Source: Thermoplasmatota archaeon (GTDB lineage Archaea > Thermoplasmatota > Penumbrarchaeia > Penumbrarchaeales > Penumbrarchaeaceae). From it: a stretch of 43,967 bases of DNA. The stretch lies in contig JBLIRI010000003.1 in NCBI GenBank assembly GCA_049472235.1, positions 1-43,967 on the forward strand, written 5' to 3'. Made by a program: the position numbers and the translations under genes. Shown in pieces: positions 9,110-17,536 of the stretch. A model generated the notes under the pieces. That model was not told the DNA's origin and ran no database searches. It worked only from the letters and a program-made list of their open reading frames with translations. The number at the start of each line of letters is the position of its first letter. Position 1 is the stretch's first letter.

Positions 9110-9865
9110 TCAGGAGAACCTTTCCGATATGGACCTCAGAACACCCTTGAGGTTGTCCGCGTTCGAAAAATCTCCGACGGTCCTCTTCAGCTCCTCGGGT
9201 GATGTACTTCCCGCCTTCAGTCCTTCCCTCAGCTCCTTCACCTCCGATATCAGGTTCGGCATCGCCCTGATCAGGTTGTCGACTATTGTGATGTCCGCGG
9301 TACTGGAGGTCCTTGACAGCGGGTTCAGGTCAACTGTGATAACATCCTTTCCCGCTGCCTTGAGAGCCTGGCACCTGTCCCCGTCTTCGAGGGGGACGAG
9401 AACCACATCTGCCATGAAGATCCCCCTGCTCGAGCATAGGGCCCTTGCATGGTCAAGCCCCTCGAGCTTCGCATCAGGCTCTTCCCCGAGGACCTTGTGG
9501 CATCCGTGCTCCCTCAGAACGGCAGCAAGACGGGATACCCTTTCCTCGGTCCTGTGGAAGATGTTGACCTCCACCGGACATTCCAGCAATCCGGATAGCT
9601 CCGAAACCTCCTCGGGAACGAGAGCGCCGACGTTCCCGTTCACGGAAATCACGGGTCTTTGGGCCAGCAGCAAACGGCAGGCCGCGGCCCTTTCCGCTTT
9701 CCTTGCTTCATCGACCGTGACCTCTCCGAGGAGGTAGTCGAAGGCCTCTCCTCTTCCGTGGGCGATCAATCCCTGAGTGACCACGAGTCCTTTCTCCCAG
9801 CCTTCGACAAGGCGGTCCCTTGTGGTCAGTGATAGATACCTCGGATGGCTCTTCGGAACTGTCAT
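9110..9865 (-). CDS. pps: Archaeal phosphopantothenate synthetase (4-phosphopantoate--beta-alanine ligase)
   Basis: VPKSHPRYLSL, GLIAHGRGEAFDYLLGE, VISVNGN, EVNIFHRT, VPLEDGDR, DLNPLSRT, DNLIRA motifs. Confidence 0.93.
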   Translation of the reverse strand: MTVPKSHPRYLSLTTRDRLVEGWEKGLVVTQGLIAHGRGEAFDYLLGEVTVDEARKAERAAACRLLLAQRPVISVNGNVGALVPEEVSELSGLLECPVEVNIFHRTEERVSRLAAVLREHGCHKVLGEEPDAKLEGLDHARALCSSRGIFMADVVLVPLEDGDRCQALKAAGKDVITVDLNPLSRTSSTADITIVDNLIRAMPNLISEVKELREGLKAGSTSPEELKRTVGDFSNADNLKGVLRSISERFS

Positions 9866-9916
9866 TTGCTCCCCTTCCTCCAAAAAGGATTACTCCTATT
9901 ATGACCTTTCACCATC

Positions 9917-10348
9917 GTGCCGAAGATTTATCATTTTCTGAGGATAACCGCCTTCGTTCATGCCACGGAGGACAGTGAGAAGGTCCTGACCGCTGTCAGC
10001 AACATTCTCGGGGGCGGGGTATCGGGCGAGATCACCGAGAACAGGGCCGAGGGGATATTCCACAATCCGATCTCCTATATTGTCGTTGAAATGGGTTCCA
10101 GCAGGAGGATCGAGAGTGTGGTCAGGAAATGGGAGGCCATGAGGTTCTGGAAAGATGCTAAGGAGGATCTCGAGGACCGGCTGGATGAGGATCTGGTTTA
10201 CCATGTCAGGCTTGACAAGCAGAAAGCCTTCTCCGGCGAACTGTCCCTCTGGAGCGGGGGCGAGGCGGTGGAGGTCCAGTTGAAACCCGCCACATTCCCT
10301 TCCTCCAGGGAAAACGCCGCTGCCATCATTCTTCACGGACCTCCTTGA
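9917..10348 (+). CDS. Archaeal RNA-binding protein (COG1325 / PF01877-like)
   Basis: FVHATEDSEKV, GIFHNPI and VRLDKQKAF motifs typical of this family. Confidence 0.85.
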   Translation: MPKIYHFLRITAFVHATEDSEKVLTAVSNILGGGVSGEITENRAEGIFHNPISYIVVEMGSSRRIESVVRKWEAMRFWKDAKEDLEDRLDEDLVYHVRLDKQKAFSGELSLWSGGEAVEVQLKPATFPSSRENAAAIILHGPP

Positions 10349-10461
10349 AAGATCGGCCCCGAGATGAATTTCAAGATATTTACAAAACGATATTATACGA
10401 AAGGTCGTATTTCCTTCCCCTGCCCGCTTGAAAAGAGAGCGGCTTCCCGGGTGGTGTCAAG

Positions 10462-11751
10462 ATGTCCGATGAAATGAAAGCCGATGAGAACAGCCCTGCC
10501 ACTGTCGATGAGCAGGCGAAGAAGGAAGATATGGTATCTTTCCTCAGCTCATCCGGGAAGATATCGGAGGATCTTGCATCATCCCTTTACGATCAGGGTC
10601 TCAACAGCTGGAAAGGTTTGCTGGAAGGGACCGAAGCCTCTTTCAAGAAGTTCAAGGGGATAGGACCCGCCAAGGCAAAGGTCCTTGTGGAACTCGGGGT
10701 TCGGAGGAGGGACGAAATGGAAGCCTCGGTCCCCGGGTTGAAAGAGGTCCTTGGATCGGTCCCCAGGATCAACCAGAAGATCATCTCATCACTTCTCGAG
10801 AACGGATACGATTCCATCGAGAGCTTCAAGGACAAGACGGAGAAGGACCTCCGGGAGATCAGCGGGATCGGTCCCAAGATGTCTGCAGCCATACTGGAAG
10901 CGGTCAGGTGCCATCAGGAGATCTACGGGGATGCCCCCGGAACGGGAACATGCGTGGAGGAAGCGACTGCCGAGGTTGAGGTCGAAGAGGAAGCCCCTCC
11001 CGGAGATGAAAGATCGCTCATCCAGAGGATAATCGATGCCATCGGCGGTTTCTTCGGCGGCAAGAGCAAGGAAGGAGAGGAAAAGGAGGCAGAAGCTCCA
11101 AAAGAGCAGGTAGAGGGCACTGAAGGACCCGGGGTGGAGGAGCCGGAAAAGGAGGAGGCGCCTCCCGGGGAGGAGCCCGTCCCCGAAGAGGTTTCCGGGG
11201 AAGCGCCGGTCGAGGAGGCGCCAGGAGAGGAGGTTCCAGAGGAGGAAGCGGAGGCTGAGGCATCGGAAGAACCATCTGAACCCGAAGAGGAGGCCGCGGG
11301 GGAGGTCGAGAAAGCTCCCGAGCCCGTGGTCGAGGAAGAGCCTCCTGCCAGGACATCGTTCTTCGAGCGGATAAAGCAGATGTTCTTCGGAGGGGCGAAG
11401 AAAGAGGAAGGCGAGAAGAAGCCCGAAGAGGAGGCAGCGGCCAAGGAGGAGGCTCCTCCGGAAGAGGAGGGCTCCCCTGAACCGGTCTCAAAGGAAGCCC
11501 CGGAGCCTGAGGAAGAGAGCGCCCCGGCTAAGGAACCCATGGTCAAAGAGCTCCCTCCGGCAGAAAAGAAGGAGATAAAGGTTTTCGAGGACCTGCCGGG
11601 GGTAAGCAAGAAGATCGCCGAGGCATTGAGGAAGGCGGGATACCTCAACATCAATGAATTGAGGGAGGCGGGTCCCGAGGACCTTGTGATGATCGAGGGG
11701 ATCGGTAAAAAGACCGCCGAGAAGATCTGCGTGGCCCTCAAGGACCAATGA
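10462..11751 (+). CDS. Multi helix-hairpin-helix protein with a long acidic E/P/A-rich linker (429 aa)
   Basis: HhH motifs KGIGPAKA, SGIGPKMS, PGVSKKIA, EGIGKKTA; LLENGYDSIE and LRKAGYLNI (RadA-N/HHH_5-like pairs); low-complexity middle region. Confidence 0.85.
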   Translation: MSDEMKADENSPATVDEQAKKEDMVSFLSSSGKISEDLASSLYDQGLNSWKGLLEGTEASFKKFKGIGPAKAKVLVELGVRRRDEMEASVPGLKEVLGSVPRINQKIISSLLENGYDSIESFKDKTEKDLREISGIGPKMSAAILEAVRCHQEIYGDAPGTGTCVEEATAEVEVEEEAPPGDERSLIQRIIDAIGGFFGGKSKEGEEKEAEAPKEQVEGTEGPGVEEPEKEEAPPGEEPVPEEVSGEAPVEEAPGEEVPEEEAEAEASEEPSEPEEEAAGEVEKAPEPVVEEEPPARTSFFERIKQMFFGGAKKEEGEKKPEEEAAAKEEAPPEEEGSPEPVSKEAPEPEEESAPAKEPMVKELPPAEKKEIKVFEDLPGVSKKIAEALRKAGYLNINELREAGPEDLVMIEGIGKKTAEKICVALKDQ

Positions 11752-12302
11752 TAAGGTGTTCGGGAATGTCCCGGAAGGTCCTTGTCTATCCATTCGAGAC
11801 CGGAGCTGACCTTTCAAGAAAGGACATCCAGAGGATCATAGGCAGGCTCGGAACAGATGGTCTGCCGGTCCTGATGGACCTCGATGCGATCTTCGGCAGT
11901 ATCCATCTTGCTTCGGGTATCATGCATGCCGCAAGGGCGATCTTCAACGATGAAGCGAGAGCGAGGGAGCCCTCCATCGAGGTCCTCAGATGGCTGTCGG
12001 GATCACACCAGGTATTGCAGGGAATATTGTCCGTGGGGCCGGGGTCGGGAACGAGAAGACTGCTTCTATCGGTTCTTCCTTCCGACTGGCCCGCCAAAGA
12101 GGATGCCTCCGTTCTTCCGGATATTGCGGAGATCGAATGGAAGGGGGTGGAGCTTCCCCAACTCCGACCTCTTGGGGTGCCCTTCAATTACGGGGAGGAC
12201 AGCGCTTTGAGGGCGCTGGGATTGGACCCGGAAAGTTTCTCTGGACATGAGGAAAAGGAAAGGGCGGTACTCGAGGTCGTTTGTCTTCCCGGACTGAAGT
12301 GA
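11748..12302 (+). CDS. cgi121: KEOPS complex subunit Cgi121-like protein
   Basis: DAIFGSIHLASGIMHAARA...AREPSIEVLRWLSGSHQV pattern and C-terminal ERAVLEVV; ATGA overlap with the upstream stop. Confidence 0.7.
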   Translation: MIRCSGMSRKVLVYPFETGADLSRKDIQRIIGRLGTDGLPVLMDLDAIFGSIHLASGIMHAARAIFNDEARAREPSIEVLRWLSGSHQVLQGILSVGPGSGTRRLLLSVLPSDWPAKEDASVLPDIAEIEWKGVELPQLRPLGVPFNYGEDSALRALGLDPESFSGHEEKERAVLEVVCLPGLK

Positions 12303-12329
12303 TATCAGCTTCATTCATAGATAACTTCC

Positions 12330-12390
12330 TACAAATTTAAACATCATATTACAAATATGTACAAACATTTACATAATTAAACAGATGTGG
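12330..12390. repeat. AT-rich array of six ACA motifs phased at exactly 10 bp
   Basis: ACAAATTTAA / ACATCATATT / ACAAATATGT / ACAAACATTT / ACATAATTAA / ACAGATGTGG starting at 12331, 12341, 12351, 12361, 12371, 12381. Confidence 0.7.
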
Positions 12391-12517
12391 TCAGAACAAC
12401 CGTTTCTATGTTCATAAAATAGATATATCTTGAGGCCTCGTTATTGATTACTTTCGATACGGGTTCGAGATAGGAGCCATCCAGACATTCAACCCAAATT
12501 CTTTCGGGAAGGTAATC

Positions 12518-15500
12518 ATGATGCCAAGGCCAGCGAAAAGAGCAATTACCAAAGCACTTCCTCCGGGGATCGTTATCCTGATCATTTTGATCTCTGCCAG
12601 CATGGTGCTGACAAGGGACAATGCCCAAGGAGGCCAGGGGGACGCGGAGGACTCTATCGAAAGCCGCCTTGCGGACCAGGAATCCCCCGCTGCCGGGGGG
12701 ACCCTCAACAGCTTCACCACCGGAGTCAGCAAAGGTCTTCCCCAGAATGTCGCCACTATCAGGGATTTCAGCGCGATCGACGCTGCCGATGTGAACGGCG
12801 ACGGCGATCTCGACCTTGCTTTCGGCGGCGGTGCCTGGAGCCCGGCGAACACCAAGGGCCTCTATGTTTATACCGGGGACGGAGCCGGGAACTGGACCAA
12901 GACCTCATCTGGACTCCCGACCGTGGACAGCTGGGGGAGAGTGGCTTTTGGGGACGCTGACAATGATGGCAGGATGGAACTTTATGCTGCGACCGAGGGT
13001 TGGGGATCGGCCGGTGGGTCAATAAAGGGGCTCGGAGCCTGGGAGTATTCATCCGGGTCCTGGTCCACCACCGGGATATCTTCACCCATCACCACGGGGG
13101 CAACGAATGGGGTTTTACTCAAGAATTTCACAAAGGGCCCGGGACTGGACCTTGCGATAACCTACTCTCGCGGGAGCACAAACGGGGTCAAGGTCTATTA
13201 CGGGAACGGCACGTCCCCGATTAACTGGACCGACAATTCCAACGGACTTCCGACCTCGGGCGAATACACGGACGTTGATGTTCTTGACATGAACAAAGAC
13301 GGACTTCCCGACCTCGTAACCGGATCATACAATAACCGGGGGATTAAGTTCTTCACCCAGAACTCCGGCGGGAACGGATGGACGGACAGGACCTCATCAC
13401 TCCCTTCAAGCGTGACGACAGGCGACTCTCTTGGGATCGTCCTCGGAGACGTGAACGGCGACGGACACAACGATATCACATATTCCAACATGGACTACGG
13501 AATGATCACCCTTTTAGGAAACAGCGGGGGGACCGGGGGAACCTCCTTCAGCTGGACCTCGCCGACGAACGGATTTCCGTCAAACTTCGGCACCAGCGGG
13601 AGATTCGGCCAGCTGAGATTGGCGGATATCGACAAGGACGGGGACCTGGACCTCCTCGCACCAAAGGCGGGGACCGGTCTCTACCTCTTCCTGGGGAACG
13701 GATCGACCACACCCGGAACGGCCTTCGGTTGGACCCAGGTCACCGGAAAGAACCTTCCCACGAACATGACCATCTACGGATCGGCCTTCTTCGACATGGA
13801 CGGCGACGGGGACCTGGACCTTGCCGCGGCAACCTGGGGGGACGGTGTGAAGGTATACCGCACGAACCTTGGAGGGATCCAGGTAAATACCCCCCCGGTC
13901 CCTGATGCCGGATCCAATATTTCAACCAGGGTCGGAGCCAACGTAACCCTCGATGGAACAGGGAGCAGTGACCAGGAGGACGCTCCGAGCGGGGATGCCC
14001 AGGGAACGATACTGACCTACGAATGGAACGTGACATCCAAACCAACGGGTTCGACCGTGGCCGACAGCACACTCAGACCTTCGGACAAGGTCGCGAAACC
14101 ATATTTCACTCCCGACAGGGAAGGAACCTATGTCATCAAGCTCTCGGTGAAGGACACCGACGGTGCCTGGTCCAAACCGGCGGATGAGGATTCCGTGACA
14201 GTGACCGTGACCAACAGCCCCCCGGTCCCGGATGCAGGGACCAATATCACCGTCATCCTGGGCACGAACGTCACCCTGAACGGGACCGGGAGCAGGGACC
14301 TTGAAGATGCTCCTGGCGGAGATACCCAGGGATCGATACTGACCTACGAGTGGAACGTGACGTCGAAACCTGCAGGGTCGACGATAACCGACGCCTCCCT
14401 CAGGCCTTCCGACAAGGTCGCCAAACCTTATTTCATCCCAGACAAGGAAGGAGTGTACATAATCAAACTGGCCGTCCGTGATAAGTATCTCAAATGGTCC
14501 AACCTCGGTAAAGAGGACCAGGTCAGGGTCACGGTGACCAACAGCGCTCCAGTACCGAATGCCGGACAGGACCAGGTGGTCTACGTTCTGGAAAAAGTGA
14601 CATTGAACGGAACCGGGAGCACCGATCCCGAGGATGCCCCGGCGGGAGATCCAACCGGTACCATCCTATCATATGATTGGAACATCACGAAGTATCCGAA
14701 GGGCTCCCTCATCAGGGATTCCTCATTGACGGCCTCCGACCAGGTCGGTATGCCCTACTTCCATCCGGATAAGGTGGGAAAATACGAGTTCTCACTGGCC
14801 GTCAAGGACAGGTTCGGAAAATGGTCGAACCGGGTCGCTCAGGACAGTGTCTTGATCGATGTGCTGAAACCGAACGATCCCCCTGTTGCGGATGCCGGCG
14901 TGGACATTTCCCGCTACAACAACACCAACATCAATCTTGATGGGTCCAAAAGCATCGATATCGACGGCTCCATAATACACTGGAACTGGACATGCATCTC
15001 TCACGAGGTGGTATTGACATTCGAGGATACCGACCACCCGTTCTTCTACGCGAACCGGGCCGGGACTTACGTCTTCACCCTGAAGGTCCAGGATGACAAC
15101 ATGACATGGAGCAGGAACGAGGACAGGGTCAATATCACCGTGGTGGATCCCGGTGTGAACCTCCTTCCGAGCTCGGATGCGGGAAAGGACCTCACCATCA
15201 TCCTTGGAGAGAAGGCCGTGCTCAATGGGTCGCTCAGCGAGGATCCCGACGGGTACATAATTTCATGGCTTTGGACCTGCACCTCCCATACGGGTATCAC
15301 CCTCATTGACAGCAACAGTTCCCATCCATACTTCACCCCGGAAACAGCCGGGACCTACGTCTTCTCCCTCGTGGTGATGGACAGCAACTTCACCTTCTCC
15401 CAACCGGACGAGGTGCGAGTCATCGTCGAGGAGCCCTTCGTCAACTCCAAGCCGACCGCGGATGCAGGAAGCGACCTCATCGCCTATGCCGACGACACGG

Positions 15501-16360
15501 TCCAGCTCGACGGCTCGGAGAGCTTTGATATCGACGGTCTCGTCGAGGAGTACAACTGGACCTGTCTGAACCGTTCCGTGGACCTGCTGAATGCAAGTAC
15601 TTCCAAACCCAGCTTCATTCCGTTGGAACCGGGAGAATATGTCTTCTCACTCTCCGTCAGGGACGATCTTGGGGCATGGAGCGACCCGGACACCGTCGTT
15701 GTCCTGGTTTACAAGAGATACCAGCCGCCGCCCCCGATCCAGAACGTGACCCCATACATAGGCCCCTTCCTCTACGATGACGGGAGTTCGGTCTACAATG
15801 CTACCGTGACCCTTGCCCCCCTGGACGATTGGCCGTGGGGCTCCAACTGGACCGTCTCGGACGCGACCTCTTCGGACGGCTATGCGTATTTCGATACGGG
15901 CATTCCGCCGGGCAATTATTCATGCACCATAGTTCTCCGGAACGGGACACTGGTGGGATCCGTGGATATCTTTGTTCTGGAGGATGGGTCATTCATCGTA
16001 ACTGGCGGGGGGCTTCCCGTAGCTCCATCGCCTATCATTCCCGGTGATGATGACGATGACGACGTTGTTGATGATGACGATGTCGTTGATGATGATGTTG
16101 TGGACGACGACGTTGTTGATGATGATGTTGTGGACGACGACATTGTTGATGATGATGTCACTGACGATGATATCGTTGACGATGACAGCGCCCGCGATCC
16201 GGGCGGTGATGCCAGGACCCCCCTCATCATCGGGATCATCCTCGCTTCGATCATCCTTGTTGTCATCCTGATCGTTCTATTTTTCATGTTCAGGAGTCCC
16301 AAAAAGGTGGAACATGTGGAACACGATTGGAAGAAGTACGAGGATGCCCCCGAAGAATAG
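12518..16360 (+). CDS. Large cell-surface adhesin-like protein: FG-GAP/VCBS beta-propeller + six PKD domains + acidic stalk + TM anchor (1280 aa)
   Basis: Signal-like N-terminus; seven FG-GAP-type loops (DVNGDGDLDL, DADNDGRMEL, NFTKGPGLDL, DMNKDGLPDL, DVNGDGHNDI, DIDKDGDLDL, DMDGDGDLDL); six NxxPxx(D/N)AG...L(D/N)GxxSxD modules; (DDDVV)n; TM LIIGIILASIILVVILIVLFFMF. Confidence 0.92.
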   Translation: MMPRPAKRAITKALPPGIVILIILISASMVLTRDNAQGGQGDAEDSIESRLADQESPAAGGTLNSFTTGVSKGLPQNVATIRDFSAIDAADVNGDGDLDLAFGGGAWSPANTKGLYVYTGDGAGNWTKTSSGLPTVDSWGRVAFGDADNDGRMELYAATEGWGSAGGSIKGLGAWEYSSGSWSTTGISSPITTGATNGVLLKNFTKGPGLDLAITYSRGSTNGVKVYYGNGTSPINWTDNSNGLPTSGEYTDVDVLDMNKDGLPDLVTGSYNNRGIKFFTQNSGGNGWTDRTSSLPSSVTTGDSLGIVLGDVNGDGHNDITYSNMDYGMITLLGNSGGTGGTSFSWTSPTNGFPSNFGTSGRFGQLRLADIDKDGDLDLLAPKAGTGLYLFLGNGSTTPGTAFGWTQVTGKNLPTNMTIYGSAFFDMDGDGDLDLAAATWGDGVKVYRTNLGGIQVNTPPVPDAGSNISTRVGANVTLDGTGSSDQEDAPSGDAQGTILTYEWNVTSKPTGSTVADSTLRPSDKVAKPYFTPDREGTYVIKLSVKDTDGAWSKPADEDSVTVTVTNSPPVPDAGTNITVILGTNVTLNGTGSRDLEDAPGGDTQGSILTYEWNVTSKPAGSTITDASLRPSDKVAKPYFIPDKEGVYIIKLAVRDKYLKWSNLGKEDQVRVTVTNSAPVPNAGQDQVVYVLEKVTLNGTGSTDPEDAPAGDPTGTILSYDWNITKYPKGSLIRDSSLTASDQVGMPYFHPDKVGKYEFSLAVKDRFGKWSNRVAQDSVLIDVLKPNDPPVADAGVDISRYNNTNINLDGSKSIDIDGSIIHWNWTCISHEVVLTFEDTDHPFFYANRAGTYVFTLKVQDDNMTWSRNEDRVNITVVDPGVNLLPSSDAGKDLTIILGEKAVLNGSLSEDPDGYIISWLWTCTSHTGITLIDSNSSHPYFTPETAGTYVFSLVVMDSNFTFSQPDEVRVIVEEPFVNSKPTADAGSDLIAYADDTVQLDGSESFDIDGLVEEYNWTCLNRSVDLLNASTSKPSFIPLEPGEYVFSLSVRDDLGAWSDPDTVVVLVYKRYQPPPPIQNVTPYIGPFLYDDGSSVYNATVTLAPLDDWPWGSNWTVSDATSSDGYAYFDTGIPPGNYSCTIVLRNGTLVGSVDIFVLEDGSFIVTGGGLPVAPSPIIPGDDDDDDVVDDDDVVDDDVVDDDVVDDDVVDDDIVDDDVTDDDIVDDDSARDPGGDARTPLIIGIILASIILVVILIVLFFMFRSPKKVEHVEHDWKKYEDAPEE
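16046..16186 (+). repeat. Coding tandem repeat, ~15-nt unit encoding (DDDVV)n acidic stalk
   Basis: GATGATGATGTTGTGGACGACGAC occurs twice at a 30-nt spacing; translation DDDDDDVVDDDDVVDDDVVDDDVVDDDVVDDDIVDDDVTDDDIVDDD. Confidence 0.9.
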
Positions 16361-16460
16361 ACGCCGCCTCCGACCCGCGCCTCCTCGGGGGCCTCTCAGG
16401 ACATTCCGGTGAAAACGATATATCCGATGAGCCGTGTAGAGCATTCGATCGGGGGACTCG

Positions 16461-17441
16461 ATGAGCGTCGATAAGATCCGAGTATCCATAGGGACGGCCA
16501 TAGTTCTGGGCCTGAGAAAAGGGGCGCTTCCTGTACCGCCAACGACAGCCTACCTGATGGTCGGTTCCGAATGCGTCAACAACTGCTCCTTCTGCACTCA
16601 GGCAAGGGACGCGGCGGGGGGCGGTGATATGCTCAGCAGGGTGATATGGCCCTCTTTCGGAGAGGAGGAGGTCCTCGATGCCCTGAAAGGGGCCCGGGGA
16701 GCCGGTCTTTCGAGGATATGCCTTCAGTGCCTGATAGATCCGTCCGCGATGTCCGGACTGCCGGAGATCGTCCGAAAACTGAGGGCCGCATGCGGGCTTG
16801 AGATATCCGTTTCTATCTCGGCTGTGGATGTCGGGATGATGGAAAGGCTGAAAGAGGCCGGGACCGAGAGGATCGGGATCGCGCTTGACGGGGCATCCGA
16901 GCAGGTGTTCGAGAGAATAAAAGGCGAAGGCGCCGGGAATCCGTATACCTGGGAAGGGAACTGGAGATCCCTGATGTCAGCGCTCGGGATATTCGGGAAG
17001 GGGAAGGTCTCCACCCATATCATAGTGGGTCTCGGAGAGAACGACCGGGAGGTCATCGATGTCCTGATCAGGTGCCGGCAGGAAGGGATACTGGCCTCCC
17101 TGTTCGCGTATACCCCTATGAAGGGAACGAAGGAGATCGGCCCCCCTCCAGCACTCAACAGGTACAGAGCGTTGCAGATCGCACGTGCCCTGGTCATGGA
17201 AAAAGGGGTGACTGACGGTTTCGGGTTCGATCCGTCGGGAAAGCTCACGGGGCTGCCCTTCGACCCCGCGGACCATGACCTTGACCTCAGCCGGGTTTTC
17301 ATGACAAGAGGCTGTCCGGACTGCAACCGTCCGTATTACAATGAAAGACCCGGGGGTCCGATGTTCAATTTCCCGAGGCAGCTTGCCCCCGGGGAATGGG
17401 AAAACGCCCTTTCGGAAGCAATGTCGTATGTTGATAACTGA
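16461..17441 (+). CDS. lipS2: Radical SAM protein, biotin-synthase-related; probable archaeal-type lipoyl synthase component LipS2
   Basis: CVNNCSFC (CxxxCxxC) and C-terminal TRGCPDCNRP, matching the TxGCPxC(N/D)RP motif recalled for the Thermococcus LipS2 family. Confidence 0.68.
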   Translation: MSVDKIRVSIGTAIVLGLRKGALPVPPTTAYLMVGSECVNNCSFCTQARDAAGGGDMLSRVIWPSFGEEEVLDALKGARGAGLSRICLQCLIDPSAMSGLPEIVRKLRAACGLEISVSISAVDVGMMERLKEAGTERIGIALDGASEQVFERIKGEGAGNPYTWEGNWRSLMSALGIFGKGKVSTHIIVGLGENDREVIDVLIRCRQEGILASLFAYTPMKGTKEIGPPPALNRYRALQIARALVMEKGVTDGFGFDPSGKLTGLPFDPADHDLDLSRVFMTRGCPDCNRPYYNERPGGPMFNFPRQLAPGEWENALSEAMSYVDN

Positions 17442-17536
17442 AAACGCGAGCCCCGTCGCAACGGCATAAAGCCAAAAACAATTATCAATGAGTAATCTCC
17501 CTCCAGATATCAAAGATCAACGGGGGTCCGTCGAGG

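Noticed and set aside
16046-16186. CRISPR-like or non-coding tandem repeat
   Set aside because: In-frame coding low-complexity stalk with no unique spacers; no CRISPR array or cas gene anywhere in the window.
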